A stretch of DNA of 63,496 bases, counting the filler, from Octopus bimaculoides (lineage: Eukaryota): the NCBI RefSeq assembly GCF_001194135.2. It is 7 parts of 7 records of this genome, joined end to end, with 100 filler letters (N's around TTAATTAATTAA, not from the genome) between each part and the next. Parts side by side here need not be neighbours in the genome. Positions count along the whole stretch, not along the records: positions 51,493 to 59,406 come from NC_068987.1; positions 59,507 to 61,435 come from NW_026331708.1; positions 61,536 to 63,496 come from NW_026404488.1; 4 more parts are not named here. One strand, 5' to 3'. Every line of letters begins with the position of its first letter. Within the stretch, counting starts at the first letter, position 1. The notes under the pieces are model-generated. The model had not been told where the DNA came from and searched no databases. It was given only the letters and a program-made list of their open reading frames with translations. Below, piece after piece: positions 52,496-63,496 of the stretch. Both the position numbers and the translations under genes were made by a program.

Positions 52496-52800
52496 TGCCA
52501 TGTACAAAAGAAGCCTTGGAACTGTCAGAATTTCAAATAGGCCGAATTGTGGGCTATTATGAAGATGAACATAGCTTAAAATCGCAGAAAACCTTTGAAT
52601 CCCGGTTTCTACAATTAATAAAGGGATTGTGCAATTCACATGAGAAGGGAAGGAGTCCACATCACTTCGCCCAGATAAACCAGGACCCTCTGACAGGATC
52701 CTTCCCTTTGCTAAGAGAAGTGTCGAGAATAATCCCGCTGCGAGGTCTCTGACATAGCAGAATAGGTTAATGTCAGTCCCAGAACAACTATCAGGTATCT
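52496..52800 (+). mobile_element. Tc1-like transposase N-terminal remnant
   Basis: MPCTKEALELSEFQIGRIVG resembles the Tc1 N-terminal ELSxFxRGRIVG motif; frameshifted downstream. Confidence 0.55.
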
Positions 52801-53246
52801 CAACAAATTTGGTTTGCTGTATTAATTGAGAAACCAGTGGTTTTCCGTTAAGTTAAATATTTTTAGGAGATTAATTTTTGAAAGTTGCATTTCCCTCGCT
52901 TTCGGTAAATATGTTGCTTATTTTTTGGTAGTTTTTTTTACTTATTTAGTCCCTCTAAGCATGAGGCATTACTATATAGTTAATGCCCTTATATAAATTA
53001 TATATATTTATGGGAAGAAAACGATGAGTTTTTTTCCTTATGGGTTTTTTTTCACGCTGACTACTTGATAAATTCTTATAAAGATTTTATCCTATATTGT
53101 ATTAATTGGCTTTCCGTTTTCCTATGTGTTCGTTCCGTTGTCTGTAGTTTATTGTTCTAACGTCCTGTACCCTGATATGCATGTATATACACATGTAGAT
53201 GTAAGTATGTACATATATGTGTGTATACATGTATATATATTCTTTG

Positions 53247-53330
<84 letters not shown>

Positions 53331-53714
53331 ACATATATATATATATACACACACACACATATATATATATATATACATATACATATACACACACATATAT
53401 ATATATATATATATGCATAGTTGCTAGGATATGTTTAACTGCAAAAGTGCTTGCACTTTTACGTATATGTGCATGCATGGGTGTGTTTCTTGCATACATT
53501 CTCAGTTGTGAATGTCTCTATGCCTAAGCATATGTACATGTGTGTGTGTATGTGTGTATACATACATAGACACATACATACACGCATATGTATAATGCAT
53601 AAGTGCATAAATGCATTACATATAATACATATATGTATATATATGCATATGTGTGTGTGTAAATATATGTATATATGTATACACACATACACATAGACAC
53701 ACACACACGCACAC

Positions 53715-53823
<109 letters not shown>

Positions 53824-54172
53824 TACAGATATCGTTAGTCATTCGGTTAAGGTGTCTGTAATAAAAAAAAAACTGAAGCAGAAATAACGTATTCAACGCG
53901 TATGAAGGCAGACTCANNNNNNNNNNNNNNNNNNNNNNNNNNNNNNNNNNNNNNNNNNNNNNNNNNNNNNNNNNNNNNNNNNNNNNNNNNNNNNNNNNNN
54001 NNNNNNNNNNNNNNNNNNNNNNNNNNNNNNNNNNNNNNNNNNNNNNNNNNNNNNNNNNNNNNNNNNNNNNNNNNNNNNNNNNNNNNNNNNNNNNNNNNNN
54101 NNNNNNNNNNNNNNNNNNNNNNNNNNNNNNNNNNNNNNNNNNNNNNNNNNNNNNNNNNNNNNNNNNNNNNNN

Positions 54173-54480
54173 TTGTGAGTGTTTATTGAGCGAAAACACC
54201 TAAAAGCTCCACGAGGCTCCGGCAGGGGATGGTGGCGAACCCTGCTGTACTCTTTCGCCACAACTTTCTCTCACTCTTACTTCCTGTTTCTGTTGTGCCT
54301 GTAATTCAAAGGGTCAGCCTTGTCACACTGTGTCACGCTGAATATGCCCGAGAACTACGTTAAGGGTACACGTGTCTGTGGAGTGCTCAGCCACTTGCAC
54401 GTTAATTTCACGAGCAGGCTGTTCCGTTGATCGGATCAACTGGAACCCTCGATGTCGTAAGTGACGGAGTGCCAAGAAGA
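54173..54480 (+). mobile_element. Dispersed retroposon-like repeat (unclassified)
   Basis: GC-richer block ending gtcgtaagtgacggagtgccaagaaga in a short tandem tail. It resembles a common Octopus repeat (from recall only). Confidence 0.45.
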
Positions 54481-54531
54481 AGTTCGAAACCCACCTATTT
54501 CAAATTTGCCATCCGTGGTTCTTTGAGACTA

Positions 54532-54754
54532 TATGAGAGTGTGCTGAAAAGTTCCTAGCATTCGGTAAAAGAAAATACAGGAGGATCAGTTAATTATGAT
54601 TTTACTCAACATATTCCTCTCTGAGACTCATGCACTTATCGCAGCGGTCCTTCAGTTTTTTCTAAGCCCTGTAAAAGAACTCTGAAGGTTGGGCTCCCAA
54701 CCAGGCCTTTCGTAATGCCCCTTAAAGCCAGGAACGTTTCAGCAACGCCTTATA
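54532..54754. mobile_element. Mariner-type MITE
   Basis: TA-flanked TIRs tgagagtgtgctgaaaagttcctagc / gccaggaacgtttcagcaacgcctta. Confidence 0.7.
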
Positions 54755-55351
54755 ATGTAGATGTTTGGCATTTAAAAATCGTGCAAATTTTGGTGGGAAA
54801 GGCTGAAGTCAAAAACAGTTACGGAAAGCGACAAAGGGGTTGGTGTATTCTATCGGCTACTCAATAGATTACGTGCTAAGACGAAGTCGGTGACATTGAA
54901 CTGGAAACATGTATATACATCCATACATACGTACATACATACATGCATACATACATACATACATGTATGTATGTATATATATATATATATATNNNNNNNN
55001 NNNNNNNNNNNNNNNNNNNNNNNNNNNNNNNNNNNNNNNNNNNNNNNNNNNNNNNNNNNNNNNNNNNNNNNNNNNNNNNNNNNNNNNNNNNNNNNNNNNN
55101 NNNNNNNNNNNNNNNNNNNNNNNNNNNNNNNNNNNNNNNNNNNNNNNNNNNNNNNNNNNNNNNNNNNNNNNNNNNNNNNNNNNNNNNNNNNNNNNNNNNN
55201 NNNNNNNNNNNNNNNNNNNNNNNNNNNNNNNNNNNNNNNNNNNNNNAAGGTGCAGGAAAGGCGTGATCCAACAGGAACAGTAATCCGAGGGACAAAATTT
55301 ACGGCAGTTGGGTACTCCAAATCATATACATATATACATATACATATATAT

Positions 55352-55387
<36 letters not shown>

Positions 55388-55621
55388 GCCCACAGACGCT
55401 CATATACACATATGAACATACGCGCGCACATACACATACACACACACATATGCATATATGCACATATATATATTTCTATGATGGGCATTCGCATAGTGCC
55501 TGCACAACACTGCTTAGCTTAGCTCATTAAGTGTCACATAGTCGGATCGAACACGGACTCATGCATTTAGAGAATCAAAATTCTTTAGCATAAAGTCTGG
55601 TTATTCTATTATGAATATTAT

Positions 55622-56060
55622 AAGGCGGTGAGCTGGCAGAATCGTTAGCACGCTGGTCGAAATGCTTAGCGGTATTTCGCTTGTCGCTATGTTCTGAGTT
55701 CATATTCCGCCGAGGTTGACTTTGTCTTTTATGCTTTCAGAATCGATGGATTAAGTACATGTTACGCACTGGAGTCGATGTAGTCGACTTAATCACTTTC
55801 CCTAAATTTAAGACCTTGTTCTTCCCGTAGAAAGGATATTAGAGTTATCATAAGTCGGCGAGCTGGCAGAATCGCTTGCACGCCGGAAAAAAAATGCTTA
55901 GCGGCATTACGTCTGTTTTTAAGTTCTGAGTTCAAATTCCACCTAGTTGATTTTACACATTTCATCCTCTCGGGGTCGATGAAAAAAATGCCAGTTGAAC
56001 ACTGGTGTCGATGCAATCAATAAACCTCTTCTTCACATGTTTCAGGCCTTGTGCCTATAT
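55622..56060 (+). mobile_element. Two tandem SINE family B copies
   Basis: ggcggtgagctggcagaatcgttagcacg... and gtcggcgagctggcagaatcgcttgcacg..., each followed by the gagttcaaattc/gactttg/ggggtcgat blocks. Confidence 0.85.
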
Positions 56061-56545
56061 TTATACAGGATTATTTTAGAGATACATAATTGAAAACGTG
56101 CATTTGTCGACCTTGCGACCTTCAAATTAATTCAAGTATAGACGTGTTTACATGTCTTTGAGACCCAATATTCCGGAAGTATATCAGAAGCAGACAACAA
56201 ACAGAAGACTGTTTCCTGCTTCTGTTTACAATTTTCTGTACACATCTGCTTATCGTAGACTATACATCTTGAGTGCTTTCACGCTCTAATACACACGTTT
56301 GATGCACATAAGTGTGTGTGTGCCTAATATATATGTGTGTGCGCGTAATATATATACATATATATATGCACTCACACATGCATACATCAAAATAGAGGGA
56401 CTGATGAGTTCCTATTGCCTGTGGTTGTATGTATGTTTATTCGTCTGTCACTGCCTTACTATCTCAGCTTATTCGTCCGTGTATTTACTACTTTTAGTAC
56501 AACTTGTATCTATAAAAGACTATACATAAATGTGGGGACACACAT

Positions 56546-56606
<61 letters not shown>

Positions 56607-57705
56607 AATACATACATATACGTATATATATATATATATATATANNNNNNNNNNNNNNNNNNNNNNNNNNNNNNNNNNNNNNNNNNNNNNNNNNNNNNNN
56701 NNNNNNNNNNNNNTATATATGCATATACACACATGTGTAAATGTAGTCTTTTGAGGAGTTACCGTCTCTGAAATGCCAACAAGAAGCTTCAAATGGAAAG
56801 CAATTGTCGAAAGACCCTGCAGTAGGATCGTGACTGTTAAACGAGAATGAATTTACAGTTATGGATGTCTTTCTGTGTGCGTATATGTATGTTTGTATGT
56901 ATGTATGTATAGATGCACATATATATATGTATACGGATGCACATACATACAGATATGGAACTTGTATAGATGCACGTATATACCGATATGGAACTTGTGT
57001 GTCTGTAACCATATAGGTCGTTTGAGTGAGGACACACCTGTAAGGAAAATATAAATTTATCCGTCGTTTCCAGCGAGACTGACAATGAGATAGCTAAGTA
57101 GAAAGACAGATATATATATATTTGTGTGTAGAGAGAGATAGAGGGGTAGGGGAGAGATAGATAGATAGACAGATAGATAAGTGAAACTATAGAACAGATA
57201 GCGTCATTGAAACTCAATCAAAATGCGTCAATTAGATGTGGTTAAGAAAAATAATTGAAAAAAGAAATAAGAGTAGAAAATGAGAAATACAAGTAAATGA
57301 AATTTAAATAAAAAACACAAGAATTAATGGCAAATTAGTCACTTATATCTGTCGTCTGCTCATCCATTTCTTGAGAAGACAGGCAAGATGGCAGAAAGAA
57401 AAGGGCGGTAATCTGGTGTTTGATGTATTTAAAGACGAGAGTCGAGATAAAATGTGATAATAGTGCGAAGAATATATTTGATTAGATGATGATGGAAAGG
57501 GTTGAGAGATGATAGGGAGCTAGAAGTGGAGCTATAGAATCGAAATAAGGATATTTCGATATTTAATTAAGGCTCTTAAAAATAGAACTTTGGGCATGGC
57601 TAATGGATCTCGCCAGTTGCCTACGCATATAAGTATGTATATATATGTGTATATGTGTATGTATATATATATATATGCGCCTATGTGAATGTGTGTGAAC
57701 ATGTA

Positions 57706-57746
<41 letters not shown>

Positions 57747-57789
57747 ATGTATATGTATGCGTGTGTATATGTATGTCTATGTATGGTAA

Positions 57790-57821
<32 letters not shown>

Positions 57822-57827
57822 TTATAC

Positions 57828-57872
<45 letters not shown>

Positions 57873-58488
57873 ATTTTTGTATGTTTATTTTATTTTAATC
57901 ATTTAAAACCCTTCTCCAAGGGAGGAGCTTGTTTCTAACGAAAATAACAAACCTCCATCATTGAAATGTAGATAATAAAAACGTCCCATGTCTTCAAACA
58001 TGTGGTATCCCATAGCAAACAATTAACACCAGGGAGATAATCATATTCTTATGTATTTGGCAAGACTTGAATATTCAGTTAAGTATAAATAAGGAAAATC
58101 ATTCATACTATATACACATCTATTTATTTATTTATTTATTTATTTATTTATTTTTGTTGATAACTTATTACGAAGTTCTTTTAGAATTTTTAGAACTTGA
58201 AGAACGTCTTACAGAATTTTACTGCTCCGCTTACTGATTGAATTTGTAAAGTACTTGTTTCTTTTTCTAAAATTCTAAAGTTTCCAGATTGCCACTGAAT
58301 TATTATTGGTATAAATGGGAATTTACAATCTGGGTGTAGAAGCTAAAGGTTTCTCCTCGATTTTCGAAGAAATATTTAGATGTAAGTATGTATGTATGTA
58401 TCTATCTATCTATCTAGCTAGCTAGCTAGCTAGCTAGCCAGCTAGCTATCTATCGATCAAAATTAGCAACCCTAACCCTAACCCATAA

Positions 58489-58630
58489 CTTAGCGGTTCG
58501 GCAAAAGAGACCGATAGAATAAGTACCAGGCTTACAAAGAATAAGTCCTGGGCACGATTTGCTCGACTAAAGGCGGTGCTCCAGCATGGCTACAGTCAAA
58601 TGACTGAAACAAGTAAAAGAGTAAAAGAGT
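58489..58630 (+). mobile_element. SINE family A 3' part
   Basis: aacttagcggttcggcaaaagagaccgatagaataagtacc...gactgaaacaagtaaaagagtaaaagag. Confidence 0.85.
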
Positions 58631-58934
58631 AATCCTATTGGATTATCATAACAACCTTATAGCACCATATTTGGAATCTTGTTGCTTTTTCAAGCCACCA
58701 TTTATCATTGTGATACTTCAGGTGACTGATGGAAAAAAACCCAATATTTTTTATTTTGTCAACTGATGATGTAAATTCGCTGATATCGAACGCAGCTAAG
58801 TTTCTATTTTAACCCTTTTGATACCAAAACTCCTGAGACCACTCTTCATTCTACGACACAAGTTTCATGTTTAAAAGTAATCTAAATGCTTGGAGAATGT
58901 ATCAAAATTTCCTTCTGATTTATGCTTCAAATAA

Positions 58935-59345
58935 GGTGGCGTACTGGAACAATCGTTAGCACGTCGGCTAAAATGCTTAGCGGCACTTCGTCCGTCTCTA
59001 CGTCCTCTTTGTCCATTTCGTCGGGCTTTACAATTTGCGTTCAAATTCCACCGTAGTCGACTTTGCTTTTCATCCTTTTGACCCGAAATTGCTGGCCTTG
59101 TGTCAAAATTTGAAATCAATTTATGCTTCAATCAAGGTGGTGAGCTGGCAGAACCGTTAGCACACCGGCCAAAATGTTTCGCGGCGTTTCCCCCATCTTT
59201 TATGTTCTGAGTTCAAATTCCATCGAGGTCGGTTTTGCCTTTCATTCTTTCGGGGTCGACTAAATAAGCACCAGTTGAGCACTGGGGTCGATTTAATCAA
59301 CCTATCTTCTTCCCAAAAACTGCTGGTCTTGTGCCAAAATTTGAA
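58935..59345 (+). mobile_element. Two SINE family B copies nested in an older dispersed repeat
   Basis: Two heads (ggtggcgtactggaacaatcgttagc; ggtggtgagctggcagaaccgttagc). The host repeat resumes at ccagcttaataatgacaaag. Confidence 0.75.
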
Positions 59346-59857
59346 GTCAATTTATACTTCAAATACCAGCTTAATAATGACAAAGTTATACTTAATAAAT
59401 CATTCCNNNNNNNNNNNNNNNNNNNNNNNNNNNNNNNNNNNNNNNNNNNNTTAATTAATTAANNNNNNNNNNNNNNNNNNNNNNNNNNNNNNNNNNNNNN
59501 NNNNNNACACACACACACACACACACTTGCAGAGTCAATAAATGAGTTCCAGAGATTCTTCGTGTAGAAAAATGTTAGTAACATGGAAATGATTCAAACT
59601 TGGACTCTGATGTTTTTACAGGGGACCGATTCTGCGAGGTAAATAGTCGGTATAAGAGGAATCCAAGAAAGCAGATATAGAGGCATTTATACAGATAAAC
59701 TTATTAAATATAATAGCTTGGATTTGATATACAATCTATATGTATGCATGTATGTGTGTGTGTGTGTGTGTGCGTATGTGTGTATGTGTGTATGTATGTA
59801 TGTATGTATGTAAACAAAAGAAAGCAAAGGTTGAAAACTTTCAGATGATGAATATTA

Positions 59858-59906
<49 letters not shown>

Positions 59907-60875
59907 TATTTTGTCTCTTTGTCTTCTCTCCTGGTGCTGTATGAACATTTAATGTGGCTTTAGAGTCAAGTTTTGGCTGCTATATCTAGCATGGCGGTAT
60001 CTCTTAGGTACCCTTAATTATAATTTTAAATAATCATTACCTTTGATGGTTTTTATTCCCATGCTGGCCACCTGATAAGATCGGTATTTTAAATATCGAT
60101 CTTATCATTATTTATATAAATTTATACATATATATATATATAAATATATATATATAGTTAAAAANNNNNNNNNNNNNNNNNNNNNNNNNNNNNNNNNNNN
60201 NNNNNNNNNNNNNNNNNNNNNNNNNNNNNNNNNNNNNNNNNNNNNNNNNNNNNNNNNNNNNNNNNNNNNNNNNNNNNNNNNNNNNNNNNNNNNNNNNNNN
60301 NNNNNNNNNNNNNNNNNNNNNNNNNNNNNNNNNNNNNNNNNNNNNNNNNNNNNNNNNNNNNNNNNNNNNNNNNNNNNNNNNNNNNNNNNNNNNNNNNNNN
60401 NNNNNNNNNNNNNNNNNNNNNNNNNNNNNNNNNNNNNNNNNNNNNNNNNNNNNNNNNNNNNNNNNNNNNNNNNNNNNNNNNNNNNNNNNNNNNNNNNNNN
60501 NNNNNNNNNNNNNNNNNNNNNNNNNNNNNNNNNNNNNNNNNNNNNNNNNNNNNNNNNNNNNNNNNNNNNNNNNNNNNNNNNNNNNNNNNNNNNNNNNNNN
60601 NNNNNNNNNNNNNNNNNNNNNNNNNNNNNNNNNNNNNNNNNNNNNNNNNNNNNNNNNNNNNNNNNNNNNNNNNNNNNNNNNNNNNNNNNNNNNNNNNNNN
60701 NNNNNNNNNNNNNNNNNNNNNNNNNNNNNNNNNNNNNNNNNNNNNNNNNNNNNNNNNNNNNNNNNNNNNNNNNNNNNNNNNNNNNNNNNNNNNNNNNNNN
60801 NNNNNNNNNNNNNNNNNNNNNNNNNNNNNNNNNNNNNNNNNNNNNNNNNNNNNNNNNNNNNNNNNNNNNNNNNNN

Positions 60876-60916
<41 letters not shown>

Positions 60917-60929
60917 TATATATCCATCC

Positions 60930-60949
60930 GTTTGTCTGTCCATCCATCC

Positions 60950-60980
<31 letters not shown>

Positions 60981-61435
60981 GATGTGTCTGTCTGTCTGTC
61001 TGTCTGTCCGTCTATCTATCCATCCTTCTATCTATCTATCTGTCTATCCATCCATCCATCCATCCATCCATCCATCCATCTGTCTATCTATCTACCTACC
61101 TACCTATCCATCCATCCATCTATCTATCCGTCCTTCTATCCGTCCTTCTATCCATCCATCCTTCTATCCATCCTTCTATCCATCCATCCTTCTATCCATC
61201 CATCTATCTATCCATCCTTCTATCCGTCCTTCTATCTATCCATCCTTCTATCCGTCCTATCCATCCTTCTATCCGTCCTTCTATCCGTCCTTCTATCCAT
61301 CCATCTATCCATCTATCCATCCATCCATCCATCCATCCATCCATCCATCCATCTATCTATCCATCCTTCTATCCGTCCTTCTATTCATCCATCTATCTAT
61401 CCATCCATCCATCCATCCATCCATCCATCCATCCA
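60930..61435. repeat. Complex (TCCA)/(TCTA)/(TCTG)/(TCCGTCCTTCTA) satellite
   Basis: Read directly from the sequence. Confidence 0.92.
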
Positions 61436-61535
61436 NNNNNNNNNNNNNNNNNNNNNNNNNNNNNNNNNNNNNNNNNNNNTTAATTAATTAANNNNNNNNN
61501 NNNNNNNNNNNNNNNNNNNNNNNNNNNNNNNNNNN

Positions 61536-61571
<36 letters not shown>

Positions 61572-61799
61572 GAAAGTAAAATCAAGATTATAAGGGCTAA
61601 GATCAAGGTCTAGAGGAGCGGAAGGAAGCAAGTCCAAGTTGCTTGTCTTGTAGAATTTACTCAGCCTGTATTTGACACTTTTAGTGCAATTAGATCCAAC
61701 CGAGAAATAGATGGTAGTTTTGGCAACCACCTAGTTATATTGATAACCGAGTTTATAATCCTGTTTTAACACTTAGTTCTAATAATAATGTTAACGCCA

Positions 61800-61990
61800 A
61801 TCTCAGCCGTTATTGCAACTTCGGTGGTAATAAACGCTTCTGTAATGTAGAAACCGCTTTAAATGTCCTCTAGGAAATGTTTGCTTAATGAAGAATTTAA
61901 TCTATCAATGCACGGTAATAGTTGGAAGAAGAACTTACCATTATATAGGTTCCTGCTCCACAAAATTTACATCTAGGTTATATAATTACT
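61800..61990 (+). mobile_element. Penelope-like GIY-YIG endonuclease fragment
   Basis: Frameshifted CN(C)RNRFKCPLGNVCLMKNLIYQCTV...YHYIGSCSTKFTSRLYN. Confidence 0.65.
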
Positions 61991-62962
61991 TTTCTTTATT
62001 ATTATTAATATTACTTTATTATTATTACTTTTCTACATATATATANNNNNNNNNNNNNNNNNNNNNNNNNNNNNNNNNNNNNNNNNNNNNNNNNNNNNNN
62101 NNNNNNNNNNNNNNNNNNNNNNNNNNNNNNNNNNNNNNNNNNNNNNNNNNNNNNNNNNNNNNNNNNNNNNNNNNNNNNNNNNNNNNNNNNNNNNNNNNNN
62201 NNNNNNNNNNNNNNNNNNNNNNNNNNNNNNNNNNNNNNNNNNNNNNNNNNNNNNNNNNNNNNNNNNNNNNNNNNNNNNNNNNNNNNNNNNNNNNNNNNNN
62301 NNNNNNNNNNNNNNNNNNNNNNNNNNNNNNNNNNNNNNNNNNNNNNNNNNNNNNNNNNNNNNNNNNNNNNNNNNNNNNNNNNNNNNNNNNNNNNNNNNNN
62401 NNNNNNNNNNNNNNNNNNNNNNNNNNNNNNNNNNNNNNNNNNNNNNNNNNNNNNNNNNNNNNNNNNNNNNNNNNNNNNNNNNNNNNNNNNNNNNNNNNNN
62501 NNNNNNNNNNNNNNNNNNNNNNNNNNNNNNNNNNNNNNNNNNNNNNNNNNNNNNNNNNNNNNNNNNNNNNNNNNNNNNNNNNNNNNNNNNNNNNNNNNNN
62601 NNNNNNNNNNNNNNNNNNNNNNNNNNNNNNNNNNNNNNNNNNNNNNNNNNNNNNNNNNNNNNNNNNNNNNNNNNNNNNNNNNNNNNNNNNNNNNNNNNNN
62701 NNNNNNNNNNNNNNNNNNNNNNNNNNNNNNNNNNNNNNNNNNNNNNNNNNNNNNNNNNNNNNNNNNNNNNNNNNNNNNNNNNNNNNNNNNNNNNNNNNNN
62801 NNNNNNNNNNNNNNNNNNNNNNNNNNNNNNNNNNNNNNNNNNNNNNNNNNNNNNNNNNNNNNNNNNNNNNNNNNNNNNNNNNNNNNNNNNNNNNNNNNNN
62901 NNNNNNNNNTATATATATATATACATATATATTTATACACACACACACACACACACACACAC

Positions 62963-62998
<36 letters not shown>

Positions 62999-63496
62999 GT
63001 ATATATGTATAATTAGAATGTATAAACTATTAAATAGCCGCAGATGTTCGCGGTATCACGCTACGTACCCCCAATTTTTGTGCGTATGTATCTATATACA
63101 AGTGTATGTATGCGTGTGTGTGGACGCATGCGTGCGTGTGTGCGTGCGTCAGTGTGCGTTCGAGTGCGCGCGCGCCTGTGTGTATGGCTGTGTATGTGTG
63201 CGCATGTGTTTGTGTGTGTGTAGGAATATGGAATTAATAATAACCTTTCAAAAGCTGTTTTATCCATGATAGCGTGTAATTTGAACGGAGTGTTTTCTTA
63301 GCGGGAGTTGAGAGAAATAGAGAGAGGGGGAGGATAGATAGAAAGAGAGAGAGAAGGGGATGATGTGATTGAGAGGAGAGGTTCAAGGTGGCGTTGGGGA
63401 AAAGATAAATAAAGACAATAAGGATTAAAAAGAAAAACAATAATAACTACAATACACACACATATATATATATATACATATAGAGTTATATATATA

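Noticed and set aside
59622-59638. 17-nt + strand microexon (ttttacag|...gag|gtaaat)
   Set aside because: The splice signals are good, but there is no host gene on that strand and the length is not a multiple of 3. A chance match is likely.

Overview
Repeat-rich, gapped eukaryotic genomic DNA. It is most likely from a coleoid cephalopod (Octopus-like SINE families and dense (TA)n/(CA)n/(AAT)n microsatellites; this is an inference). Two convergent protein-coding genes can be rebuilt from splice sites and reading-frame phases. (1) A + strand type-I membrane protein with five visible exons (11159-17971): a putative MATH/TRAF-like extracellular segment, a long Ser/Thr/Pro mucin stalk, a 24-bp repeat that multiplies N-glycosylation sequons, one TM helix and a very short tail. 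(2) A - strand prostanoid (EP4-like) GPCR, of which only the two 3' exons are visible (37294-37574, 35524-35988; ECL2 to C-terminus). The rest is transposon debris: tRNA-derived SINEs, hAT and mariner MITEs, Tc1/mariner transposase relics (one a fold-back), Tx1/L1-like, R4/Dong-like and Penelope-like retroelement fragments, and a dispersed ~190-bp element carrying a minimal hammerhead-ribozyme-like motif with an atypical core. Most ORFs in the supplied track are microsatellite or N-gap artefacts. No rRNA, tRNA gene or CRISPR array is supported.
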